Shown: positions 22,665 through 34,385 of the stretch, one piece after another | Layout of the letters: each line of letters opens with the position of its first letter | Position numbering within the stretch: the first letter of the stretch is position 1 | Assembly: GCA_002269645.1 (NCBI GenBank) | Contig: NIVC01002553.1 | Span: forward strand, 98,112 to 162,111 | Length of the DNA: 64,000 nucleotides | Direction of reading: 5' to 3' | From: Macrostomum lignano | Taxonomy: Eukaryota | The notes under the pieces: generated by a model | Database searches by the model: none | What the model saw: only the letters and a program-made list of their open reading frames with translations | What the model was told of the DNA's origin: nothing | Translations under genes and position numbers: made by a program

Positions 22665-23768
22665 ATGCATCTACCAGCTTCGCTAGTCTACAATCTCCTT
22701 TTGCTGCTCAAACTGAGCTTTCCGCTCTGCTGCAGCAGCGCTGGGCTTCAAGAAGCCTCTATCACTGGCTGGAATCAAATTCGCGACAATCTTGACGAGT
22801 ACTCACTGTTGAGCAACTCAACTCGTGTCGAGAGTCTGCTCGAGTGTCTGGCCTCGGCTGTCGACGCGGCAGCTGACGCGGCCACTTTCTCTGCTAACGA
22901 CGTCGAAAGAGTCTGTTGCGTATATAGATGTCAGTGGGGTCCGTTCGGATGCAGGAAGTGTCGATTCGCCAGCGAGAACTTTGGACAACTCATCTGGGTG
23001 AGTATCGATAGAGTAAACTGTCACAGAGCCCCGTGACTGCTTGCATCCCCGCTGGTCGATTGTTAGCTGTGATTTTCAGCAATGCCTTTTCCCCCTCTGG
23101 GAACTGATCGACTAACTCGGGAATACCTGAGCCAAATCTGTTGCTGTCTGCCGTTGCAGGTGAAGCCGCTGCTGCAACACAACAGGAGAGTCTGCTGGCG
23201 TACCTTCCAGCATCGCGTTGACGACTCCGTGCTGTTCAACAAGTCCTGGACTGAATACAGCGAGGGATTCGGTCAGGGAGAGCAGAGCAACTTCTGGCTG
23301 GGTCTGGACGCGCTTCACCAGGCCACAAAGGACGGACTTCGTCGAGTTCGCTGGGAGCTGAACCTGTGGACTGGGGCGCCATTCTGGGCCGAGAATGAGC
23401 ACTTTGTTGTTGCCGGGCAGGATGAGCTGTACCGACTGGACCTAGGCCCTCTGGATTCGAATCGCTCGACGTTGGGAATGTGCGGCCTTGGCCACACTGG
23501 ATCTCCTTACAACCAGCAGTTCACAACCTATGACAGCGACAATGACAAGCAGAATAAATCAAACTGCGCAGTTAGCTACCAGTCCGGCTGGTGGTTCAAC
23601 AGGTGCTTCTGTTTCAACCCGAACGGTCGCTATGTTGACTTCGAAGCCACAGAGCAGGGACAAACTGGCGGTCCTGCCATGGCCTACTCATGGCCCGGTT
23701 CGGATTATCCGTTCGTTCTTTGGTACTCTCATAACCGCTTCGAGTGTCTGATTACCGAGTTCAACTGA
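22665..23768 (+). CDS. Secreted fibrinogen-related domain (FReD) protein, 2 exons (22665-22997, 23160-23768)
   Basis: Signal peptide MHLPASLVYNLLLLLKLSFPLCCSSAG; Cys-rich N-domain; phase-0 GT-AG intron; fibrinogen C domain WRTFQHRVDDSVLFNKSWTEYSEGFG...FWLGLDALH...FTTYDSDND...CA...SGWWFNRC. Confidence 0.88.
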
Positions 23769-24211
23769 GAATACAGCTGATTCACTTTTACAAGACGACA
23801 CCAGAGCAAAGTGTCGTTCGAAATGCACTCATGGTGCCTTAACAGCCAAGATTCAGTGCGTTTAATACATGTAGATATAAATATACATCGAATGCCGAAG
23901 CGTAAAAAACGGAAGCGATGCTGGCTTATCTCGATTGTTTAAGCCATACGAAATACATGTATTTATAGTAAGCTGAGCAAGCAGTTATTTAAAAAATCTA
24001 ATGCTCATTTCAAGCTCCAGCACCCAGCGCGAATGAAATAGCCTGCCAGCTGGAGTCGCCGATGGCGCAACAGGTCCGCTTGGACGTTCTTGACTGAGCT
24101 CGTCGCTGATATTGAAGGCGGTGGCCGCGGGTACAGGGGCAGAGCAGCTCAGCGGTAAACGCGCCCGACTCTTGCGCCACGGCATTCATTTGGGGCAATT
24201 GTGCCGGGGGG

Positions 24212-24451
24212 GGGGGGTCACAAACCCGAAAAATTACAAACTCCGAAAAGAGCTTTCTATCATAAACCTGAAATATCATAACTCAGAAAATAATAAGAGG
24301 ACCCCTCATAAACCCGAAATATCATAAACCCGAAATATCATAACTCCGAAAGTTCTAGCCATGTCCAACACTATTTTGATTTCCGGAGTTGTGATATTTC
24401 GGGTTTGTGATATTTCGGGTTTGTGATATTTCGGGTTTATGATGGCGACCC
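24212..24451. mobile_element. Small MITE-like element with inverted blocks of 16-bp subterminal repeats
   Basis: ATAAACCCGAAATATC repeats on the left and TGATATTTCGGGTTTG repeats on the right; ends GGGTC / GACCC. Confidence 0.5.
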
Positions 24452-25248
24452 ATCTGATTATAACATATTATCGAGTATTTGTTGTCTGACAGACCGTCGG
24501 AGCTAAGGAAGGTTTCGAATATCCGTGCGATTTCATTTACTCTTTTCAATTTCAAATTAATAGCTGAGTCAGCTGCCAACATTGATGGGGACCCTTTTGG
24601 AGCAAATATATCGCTGAGAATAGCTACCGGTATATGGTAATTACTTATAATGATATAAAAATTGAGTTCTCATTAAGTATGTGCACTCGGAGGTTTCATC
24701 AAAGAGTAATTGTGCCATCCTAATTGCTTCTTTTGGCATTATGCAGCGCAGACTACACCAGACTATACCAGTTAAAATTCTTTGTCCCAGAGAAATTAAT
24801 CTGATAGTAATACTCGTCCTTAATCCCATAAGTTCTATAAAACGCTCTTTGTCCTGGGCATCGTGCTACACTCCCTAACCCAGTCCCCCCTCTCTCTCTC
24901 AGCCCTCCTAATCTTTCCCCAAGCTCTGTCCCTCTCCCGCCCCAGAGTGTACAGTCAAGGGTGAACTGGGTGTCTCAGAACCCAAGGCCACGCGCGCACC
25001 AATGAGAGAGCTTACACGCTCGTTGCTATTTCAAGCCATTTATATATAGCAATTTGTCATATTGCATTCAGTGTTAGCAGATTTAACTTCGCAGTTGGAG
25101 TCAGTCGGTCGGAGAACTGGAGAACCTGTATTAGCCATGCCAAAACTGTAATACATTGGAGAATGGACGCACGGGATCAGCAGATTGAAGTCGGACTCGA
25201 GCATCTTGGAGGCTGAACAAATTGCTGACTACTGCCAACAAGACGACA

Positions 25249-25306
25249 ATGGTCAGACAAAGAGGTTTCCGTTCACTCGTCCTGCTTCTAATAGCTCTCC
25301 TAACTG
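25249..25306 (+). CDS. Dscam: Dscam-like exon 1 (signal peptide [19 protein letters not shown])
   Basis: Basic N-terminus plus hydrophobic run; G|GTAAAT phase-1 donor matches the phase of the next exon. Confidence 0.6.
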
Positions 25307-28300
25307 GTAAATATTCTATTGAAATGCCACAATACTCCAGTTAAACATCGAAATCTAAAGATTTTCAGAATTTATTTCGAGTTCCGCCGCACTTTACACT
25401 ACTACAGTAACAGTATGCATATACTTCGAAGTAAGAGTCCACGACATACTACGTGGGCCTGTGCCTGGACAGGGGGGGGTCCCGTAAGCAGGGCACCTCG
25501 CAGCCATAGTACAGTCACCACAGCACAAGCCGTTCTACATCTCATCGCCCAGTAATAACTGCATATACAACCATCAACAGTCAGACAGACACAAAGCACC
25601 GTTCTTGCCTTCTTTGCGCCGCTTTTTAATATATATGTATATATATATATTAAGTATATATATAACTGTTATTCATGCTGGCTCTGGCTGTAGGGGTAGA
25701 CTAAGTGACTGAAGAAAGACCAGCATTAGGGAGGTCTTGACCACTTTCCCCGTGGTCTTTAGCCACTTTGATCTTTCCTGAATCAGTGGCGTACGCAGAG
25801 ATTTTTTATTGGAGGGGGCCACCCACAAACCTAATAGGCGCTGATGGTTTTTGTCTTGATTTTGATTGGCGCCTAAATCTCACAGGGTGGGCGCGCCCTG
25901 TCTCATGGTGAGCGCCCCCTGTCTCTTCGTGAGCGCCCCCTGTCTCATGGTGAGCGCCCCCTGTCTCTTGGTGAGCGCCCACTGTCTCTTGGTGAGCGCC
26001 TTCTGTCTCTTGGTGAGCGCCCACTGTCTCTTGGTGAGCGCCTTCTGTCTCTTGGTGAGCGCCCCCTGTCTCATGGTGAGCGCCCCCTGTCTCTTGGTGA
26101 GCGCCCCCTGTCTCTTGGTGAGCGCCTTCTGTCTCTTGGTGAGCGCCCCCTGTCTCATGGTGAGCGCCCCCTGTCTCTTGGTGAGCGCCCCCTGTCTCTT
26201 GGTGAGCGCCTTCTGTCTCTTGGTGAGCGCCCCCTGTCTCATGGTGAGCGCCCCCTGTCTCTTGGTGAGCGCCCCCTGTCTCTTGGTGAGCGCCTTCTGT
26301 CTCTTGGTTGGCGCACCCCTGTCTTTTGATGAGCGCCCCCTGTCTCTTGGTGAGCGCCCCCTGTCTCTTCGTAAGCGCCCCTGTCTCTTGGTGAGCGCCC
26401 CCTGTCTCTTCGTAAGCGCCCCTGTCTCTTGGTGAGCGCCCCTGTCTCTTGTTGAGCGCCCCCTGTCTCTTGGTGAGCGCCCCCTGTCTCTTGGTGAGCG
26501 CCCCTGTCTCTTGGTGAGCGCCCCCTGTCTCTTCGTAAGCGCCCCTGTCTCTTGGTGAGCGCCCCCTGTCTCTTCGTAAGCGCCCCTGTCTCTTGGTGAG
26601 CGCCCCTGTCTCTTGTTGAGCGCCCCCTGTCTCTTGGTGAGCGCCCCCTGTCTCTTGGTGAGCGCCCCCTGTCTCTTCGTGAGCGCCTTCTGTCTCTTGG
26701 TGAGCGCCCCCTGTCTCTTGGTGAGCGCCTTCTGTCTCTTGGTGAGCGCCTTCTGTCTCTTGGTGAGCGCCCCCTGTCTCTTGGTGAGCGCCTCCTGTCT
26801 CTTGGTGAGCGCCTTCTGTCTCTTGGTGAGCGCCCCCTGTCTCTTGGTGAGCGCCCCCTGTCTCTTGGTGAGCGCCCCCTGTCTCTTGGTGAGCGCCTAA
26901 ATCTTCCAGGGTGGGCGCCACGAGTAAGACGACCAGGTATGAAAACTTAAGTTTTTACATATCCTCTGAAAAGATTATTTGTCATTTCTATCAACTATGC
27001 CATTTGTGACTATCTAATGCACCAATGCTTCTAGAGGGCCGGTGGCAACTCCCTAATAATGATTTAACTCCGTGGTACGAAAGACTCCTTCGGCCACAAG
27101 CCAGCCACTGTTTTGGTTTGGCCGGGCATTGTAAAAAAACTTAGGTAATGACGCATCTCTGTCTGCTGCTCCTTCAATTCAATTCGCATGGGAGTTGGCG
27201 GGCACAGCTTAAGGGATCGGGGACTTTGTGAGCCTGCAGGGCCTTGGCTGGAGGGGAAGGGGGTGATTTTTTGTTAAACAGTCAGAGCCACACACTGCCC
27301 CACCTCCCCATGCGTGCTGCTGCCGCTGCGAATCCAATGCGATTTATGCGCTTTATATAACTAATACCTACTGACTTGATGAAGACTGGAGCCGGAGTGA
27401 GTGTACAGCATGTTCGGGGCGCGCGGGTCTTTGTCCCAAATATTCAGCTGCCAGTTCAGCCCACTCCACGCTTAGAAAGGGGCGACCGCTTCCGCTCTAA
27501 CCTCCCCCGTCTCGTCTCCCGCATAAAACCAAACAGCGGAACGCCCCCCCCTCTCGGCCCAGTAGTGACTGGGATTTTAGCTCAGGCTGGGGAAGAGCAG
27601 CAGTTGTAAAACTGTATATTCCCAAATTCAAAGCAAAGGAGAGGCCAGACAGAGTGCAGGGGTTGATATAGTGCTGCTGTGCTGTGCGAGAGTGAAGAGC
27701 CGCTGAAACCGCAGAGATAAGGGGTGGAGAGGGCTGGGGGAGGGCGTGCTGGGCCTCCAGCCCCCTGTCAAACCAGTATGACGCATGCATTATTCTCTCA
27801 AGCCGTTTGCAGTGCCTATTCTTGGGACCGCGGATAGGCTGGGAGCGCACTGACGTCATTTCTCCTTAAAGCGCGCGCGCTTGCCCCGGTGACCCCCCCC
27901 CCTCAATTTCTCCAGGGTCGAGAGTAAAGTGCAGTGCATCAATTCCATCTGCAGCTGCTTATGGCATTCATTGTAGATCCTAATCTGCCACTAGAGTAAG
28001 CAACCAAATCCGAATGACTAAGTGGAAGCTGTGCTAGCTGTGCAATTTTAATCAACTCTGGCTTCATGCACCTCTCGCACTCTCTTCTATCTTTTTTCGT
28101 AATTGAAAGCATAAAAATCAATGCGTAACCCAGTAACTTTCTTTAAACTTAATTTGAATCAGCTGCCAAAAATATTTATTAAAACAATCATAATGTCAAC
28201 AAAAGTCTACAAAATTAAAATTGCACCAATCAGCAGTAACCATGGCAACGGGAGCTCCGGAGACCCAACGGTTTGCGCTGGAACCGGAGCCAACGCAACT

Positions 28301-31300
28301 GCTGGCCTCAACTGCCGCCAGGGTCCCTCTGTGCGCCCTTGCGCCGTCGTCCTTTAACTCTAGCAGTTCCAGCTGGCGATGGCGGTGGCATCTCGAGGGT
28401 TGCGAATATGCCGAACAAAACGACACCGCAAGCCTTCCAAAACTGGCGTCATTCTCCGGACGTGCAACTTCGAGGCCGTTCGGTCTACTCTACGACTCCG
28501 AAGATGGCAGGCTAACCGTTGTAGACGATTCATCGGCGAATGTCTATGATGAGCCGCAGTGTCGCCTGTTCTGCGAGGCTGCTTCAGCTGACGGTGGATA
28601 CGTGATACAGTCGCGAAGATCGGCACTGCGGATCGGTGAGTTTCTTGTAAAATGGAGAGCTGGATTACCCGTTTTCCAAAGGTGGAACTTCTGAGCAGTC
28701 GCTTTAACTTGCTGCGAGACCGCTTCCGACCTGCCCGCCTGCCGTCTCTAAGTGAATCCCTGCACAACCACTAACGACCTCCCGTCTCTAAGTGAATTCC
28801 TGCACAACCACTAACGACCTCCCGTCTCTAAGTGAATCCCTGCACAACCACTAACGACCTCCCGTCTCTAAGTGAATCCCTGCACAACCACTAACGACCT
28901 CCCGTCTCTAAGTGAATCCCTGCACAACCACTAATGACCTCCCGTCTCTAAGTGAATCCCTGCAAACCACTACCGACATTCCCGTCTCTAAGTGAATCCC
29001 TGCACAACCACTAACGACCTCCCGTCTCTAAGTGAATTCCTGCACAACCACTAACGACCTCCCGTCTCTAAGTGAATCCCTGCACAACCACTAACGACCT
29101 CCCATCTCTAAGTGAATCCCTGCACAACCACTACCGACATTCCCGTCTCTAAGTGAATCCCTGCACAACCACTAACGACCTCCCGTCTCTAAGTGAGTCC
29201 CTGCACAACCACTAACGACATTCCCATCTCTAAGTGAATCCCTGCACAACCACTAACGACATTCCCATCTCTAAGTGAATCCCTGCACAACCACTACCGA
29301 CATTCCCGTCTCTAAGTGAATCCCTGCACAACCACTAACGACATTCCCATCTCTAAGTGAATTCCTGCACAACCACGAGGTCCGACCTCTCCGTCCATGA
29401 GGAAATCATTTCCATATCATATCACACAACTGTTTCCAACCTCTTTTTACCTGTCTGAAGCCAAGCCCTTTCAAGACCTTAACAAACCAGTTCCGTTTCG
29501 GAAAAAAATCATCTTCCGAATTACCTCCGCCATGAATAACAGTGAATCCGAGCTCTGTAGAGGCCCGCTTGGAGTGCGTTTCCGGCCCGGCTAGCGGCAC
29601 GGCAGTCTGCAGCCTGGTGACTCAGCCGCTGCCACCGGAAGAGTTTAGCGTCACCTATTATCGATGGAGCTTTTCGTATAGCCAGGAGGAGCGGCTGCCG
29701 TTTTGTAAGTGAAGGGTCTTTACCTTCGAGGCTAGGAGTGGCGCTAGGGTTTTAGGAAAGCAGGTATCTAGTGGTGGATTTCATGAGAAAACTACAAGTG
29801 ACAAATGACAAATGACAAATATACCTTTTCAAGCCCGAATGTGACAAAAGTAATTTCAAATGTGGCTTTAGAGCGAAATGTGGCACCGCTATATTCTGTC
29901 GCATGGTAGCTGTCTACGAGCCTTTGTCGGTCAGCACAGAATATTCTGTGTCGGTCAGTCTCTAACATTCTTGTGTACGGCATGCTTTTTTCGTCTTTGG
30001 GTCAGACCGACCTTAGACAACTATTTCAAGTATATGGATCTTTAGAACTGGAAAGCTCATATCCAAGCCATACAAAAGATTGCCACATTTGAAATTATTT
30101 TGTCACATTCGGGCTTGAAAAGATATAGTAGTTATTTCTGTTCCATGTAGCTTTTACCTCATCCTCGCTATCGCTAAACATGCATCACGCTGATCGCTCG
30201 CAAAACTGATAGTGAAGCTTGAATGCACACTTGACGAGTCCACGGACCACTTGTCAAAGTTTATTTAAATGTCATGTGCTCCAGAGAATCCCAGTGACTG
30301 CTTGGCCGCAAAAGCGTAGTAGTCTATGTTTACAAGTGGCCAGCATAGCGCTTGACAAATTGCAACTTACAACTTGTTAACTTGTCACAACTTCTCGTGA
30401 AACTTTCTGTGACGATAAGGATGAATCTTAGAAGACAGTGTTGACAACTCAATAGGAACGGATGCCACCTAAAAGACAGTGTTGACAACTCAATAGGAAC
30501 GGATGCCACCTAGAAGGCAGGTGTTGACACTTTGGAATGGTCAAAGCACGTGGGCAAGATCAGATGAGAATCCAATGTAAAAGTTACTCCTTGCACCTGC
30601 AGCTCCCGACAGCCCGAAGTACGCCGCCTTCGACAAAGGATTCAACCGGCTGCACATACTCAACCTCAGCCTCGAAGACGCTCGCTACTCCTACTTCGCC
30701 CGGGTGACTCTCGCTCTGCCCGGCGAAGTCGCCGCAATCGTCAAGCGGACTCACCATCTGCCAATCCAGCTGCTCCAAGCTTCATCTTCAAGCGTTGAAT
30801 GGCGTCCGCAGCAGTCGCGCGTGGTTGTGGCTCGGCGATTCGTTGCCGGCGAAGAAGGCGGCGACATCCTGCTGCCGTGCTACGTCACCAACGCTGCGGC
30901 TGGCATGGGGCGGTACAGCTGGTCGAAGGACGGCTTGCCGCTGGCTCAGCCGCTGTCTCCAAAGTACTCGATGCTGCTGCCTATGGAGTCCGATGGTCTT
31001 AGCAGCAGCGACGGCAGCCTGCGTCTTCGTCCAGACGGTCAGCGAGACTCCGGAGTCTACTCTTGTAGCTTCAACGGCCGGCTGGTGCACGAGATTGAGC
31101 TGAAACTTTATAGTGAGTGCTCATCTACAAGTACGAGTACATTAGATAGACTCGCCGTCTGTTCAGGTTGAAGAGCCACTGAGTGCTCAGGGTTCAACAG
31201 GATTGACATGCTTTATTGGACACTGCCGAGATCCTTAATACGAGTAATTGCGTTCTCTCAGCAATATAGTCTAATATGAACCAAAAAAATTCCTCATCGC

Positions 31301-33878
31301 GCAGGCCCTCTGTCAGCCAGCATCCGGCCAGCGTCGCTCAGTGTTGACCTCGGCGCCAACATCAGCATCGGCTGCGAGATCCGCGGCTGGCCAGTTGACC
31401 GCGTCCGCTGGCTGCACAACGGCAGGCAGCTGTCGGCTGAGTCTTCGGCCAGTCGGCAGCAGCGATGGAACGGCAGCTGGTCGACCCTGACCATCAGCGG
31501 AGCTGGCCGTGGCCAGCCCGGAGTCTACCAGTGCCTGCCGGAGCGGACTGGGGGCCAAGGAGGCGCGAGTCAAGTGCCGTTCGATTCGGCTCAGGCCTCG
31601 GCGCTGCTGACTGTGGACAGTGAGTGGGAGCGGGCTGGGGCGCCTAATCAAGGATTGCTGGAGTTGATCGGCAGACAAAGCACTGTTGGGAAGCAGCTCT
31701 GTGAGAAGTTCATGCTTTAGGCGAGGGGGACGATAAATGTGTAAGTAGAATAATAGGAAAGAACTGATGAACAGACGGGAGACAAACAATTAGTAGATGT
31801 TTGACAGGTGGCAAGAAAGAATGGGTAGATGATGGCAGTTGGGAGACAATTGACAGGTAGGGAGATAACTGACAGGTGGGGAGATGACTGACAGGTGGGG
31901 AGATGACTGACAGGTGGGGAGACAATTGACAGGTAGGGAGATAACTGACAGGTGGGGAGATGACTGACAGGTGGGGAGACAATTGACAGGTAGGGAGATA
32001 ACTGACAGGTGGGGAGATGACTGACAGGTGGGGAGATGACTGACAGGTGGGGAGATGACTGACAGGTGGGGAGATGGCTGACAGGTGGGGAGATGACTGA
32101 CAGGGAGATTACTGACAGGTGGGGAGATGGCTGACAGGTGGGGAGATGACTGACAGGGAGATTACTGACAGGTGGGGAGATGGTTGACAGGTGGGGAGAT
32201 GGCTGACAGGTGGGGAGATGACTGACAGGGAGATTACTGACAGGTGGGGAGATGGTTGACAGGTGGGGAGATGGCTGACAGTTAGGGAGATTACTGACAG
32301 GTGGGGAGATGGCTGACAGGTGGGGAGATGGCTGGCAGGTGGTGAGGAAGGTCAAAGGCAAATTGTAGAAAACCCATGCACCGTACATATCATAGCAGTA
32401 AAGCTTGTAATTTTGCATCACAAAATTCTCCTCTACTTGCCAGAGCTGCCTCCGGTGCTCATTCGAAAGATTCCCGGTCGGAGCAGCATCATGATGCAGC
32501 TGAACGGCAGCGACCCTCGCGCATCGGGCACCGTCACCTGCGTATTCGACTCACCACAAAGACCGACAGTCGAACTCCTTCTGGACAGCAGTCAGCAGCT
32601 GTTCGGCGACTTCGAATCCAGCGGGGTGTTTCGAGTCACTCGGAGGACTTACTCGAACAGAGTTCTCGAAGTGAAGGTGACGTATCGAGTGACCCAGCTG
32701 GAGCACACGGGGACGTTGTCCGTGGATGCTGTGACCAGCTTTGGCAAGAGCGGCTGCTCAACCTACCTGCTGGGCATCACTGAGCGTGAGTCTCTCAGGG
32801 GCCTGGCTGATCCCGGTTCGATCCCAATGATTGGGAGATTCTTGGTTATCAGATCCCAATGATGGGGAGATTCTTGATTATCAGATCCCAATGATGGGGA
32901 GATTCTTGATTATCCGATCCCAGTGATGGGGAGATTCTTGGTTATCAGATCCCAATGATGGGGGAGATTCTTGGTTATCAGATCCCAATTATGGGGAGAT
33001 TCTTGATTATCAGATCCCAATGATGGGGTAGATTTTTGATTATCAGATCCCAATGATGGGGTAGATTATTGATAATCAGATCCCAATGATGGGGGAGATT
33101 CTTGATTATCAGATCCCAATGATGGGGGAGATTCTTGATTATCAGATCCCAATGTTGGGAATATTCTTGGTTATCAGATTCCAATGATGGGGGAGATTCT
33201 TGATTATCAGATCCCAAGTTGGGGATATTCTTGGTTGTCAGATCCCAATGATGGGGGGAGATTCTTACTTGACCGATGGCAATATATTAGGAATATTTTA
33301 AGATAAACTGATGCCTATTTTGTATTGGCTTGGGAAACTGGCGACAATATTCTCACCCCGCAAAACTAATTCTCACATCGGCGACACAAGCATTTCTCAC
33401 GGTTTCGAGCTCGCGCTACTTTAACTTTCTAAGTGTCAGGTCTCAGCCTGAAAGCAGTGCGCAGTTACATGCTGCAGCATGGAATACTTTTCTCGAGTCC
33501 AATATTAGTGCCAGGTGCAAAATAGGCCGGGCAAGCACAGCTGCCGCAACGCTGCTGCAGTGCATGCCACAGCGGGCAGGTGATTTATGCCTGCTGGTTG
33601 GCAAAGTTTTTGGGCTTGATTCATTTATTGATAATCAGTTTGTATATTGCTTAGTTCGGACATAGCTCAGAAACTTAGTTTTACTTAGAGATAAGGTGCA
33701 CTACTACTTGGGAGCAATCGTGTTTTAACAGAAAGTTCAGCTTTATTTTTTGGGCATAGCTTCTCATCACCGATTTATTTGATGTTAAGGTAGAGAGCAT
33801 TGATTAGAAAGCTTTTGCTCTGTTTAGTAAGTTAGTTATTGTAGTTAGTCAGTCAGCTAGTTAGTTGGTTAGTTAGTC

Positions 33879-33937
<59 letters not shown>

Positions 33938-33938
33938 C

Positions 33939-33977
<39 letters not shown>

Positions 33978-33978
33978 C

Positions 33979-34013
<35 letters not shown>

Positions 34014-34066
34014 CATTTAGTTAGTCAGTTAGTCAGTTAGTTAGTCAGTTAGTTAGTCAGTTGGTC

Positions 34067-34117
<51 letters not shown>

Positions 34118-34118
34118 C

Positions 34119-34213
<95 letters not shown>

Positions 34214-34214
34214 C

Positions 34215-34249
<35 letters not shown>

Positions 34250-34258
34250 CAGTTAGTC

Positions 34259-34309
<51 letters not shown>

Positions 34310-34354
34310 CAGTTAGTTAGTTAGTTAGTTAGTCAGTTAGTTAGTTAGTTAGTC

Positions 34355-34385
<31 letters not shown>

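Noticed and set aside
25783-26920. hAT-like element (CAGTGGCGTACGCAG left end) enclosing the 21-bp array
   Set aside because: No convincing right TIR or 8-bp TSD found
25806-26921. 371-aa (GAHQETG)n ORF
   Set aside because: Antisense reading of a 21-bp intronic minisatellite
28740-29378. Regular 40-bp repeats and other arrays as CRISPR-like arrays
   Set aside because: Units are contiguous with no unique spacers, the context is eukaryotic, and there are no cas genes
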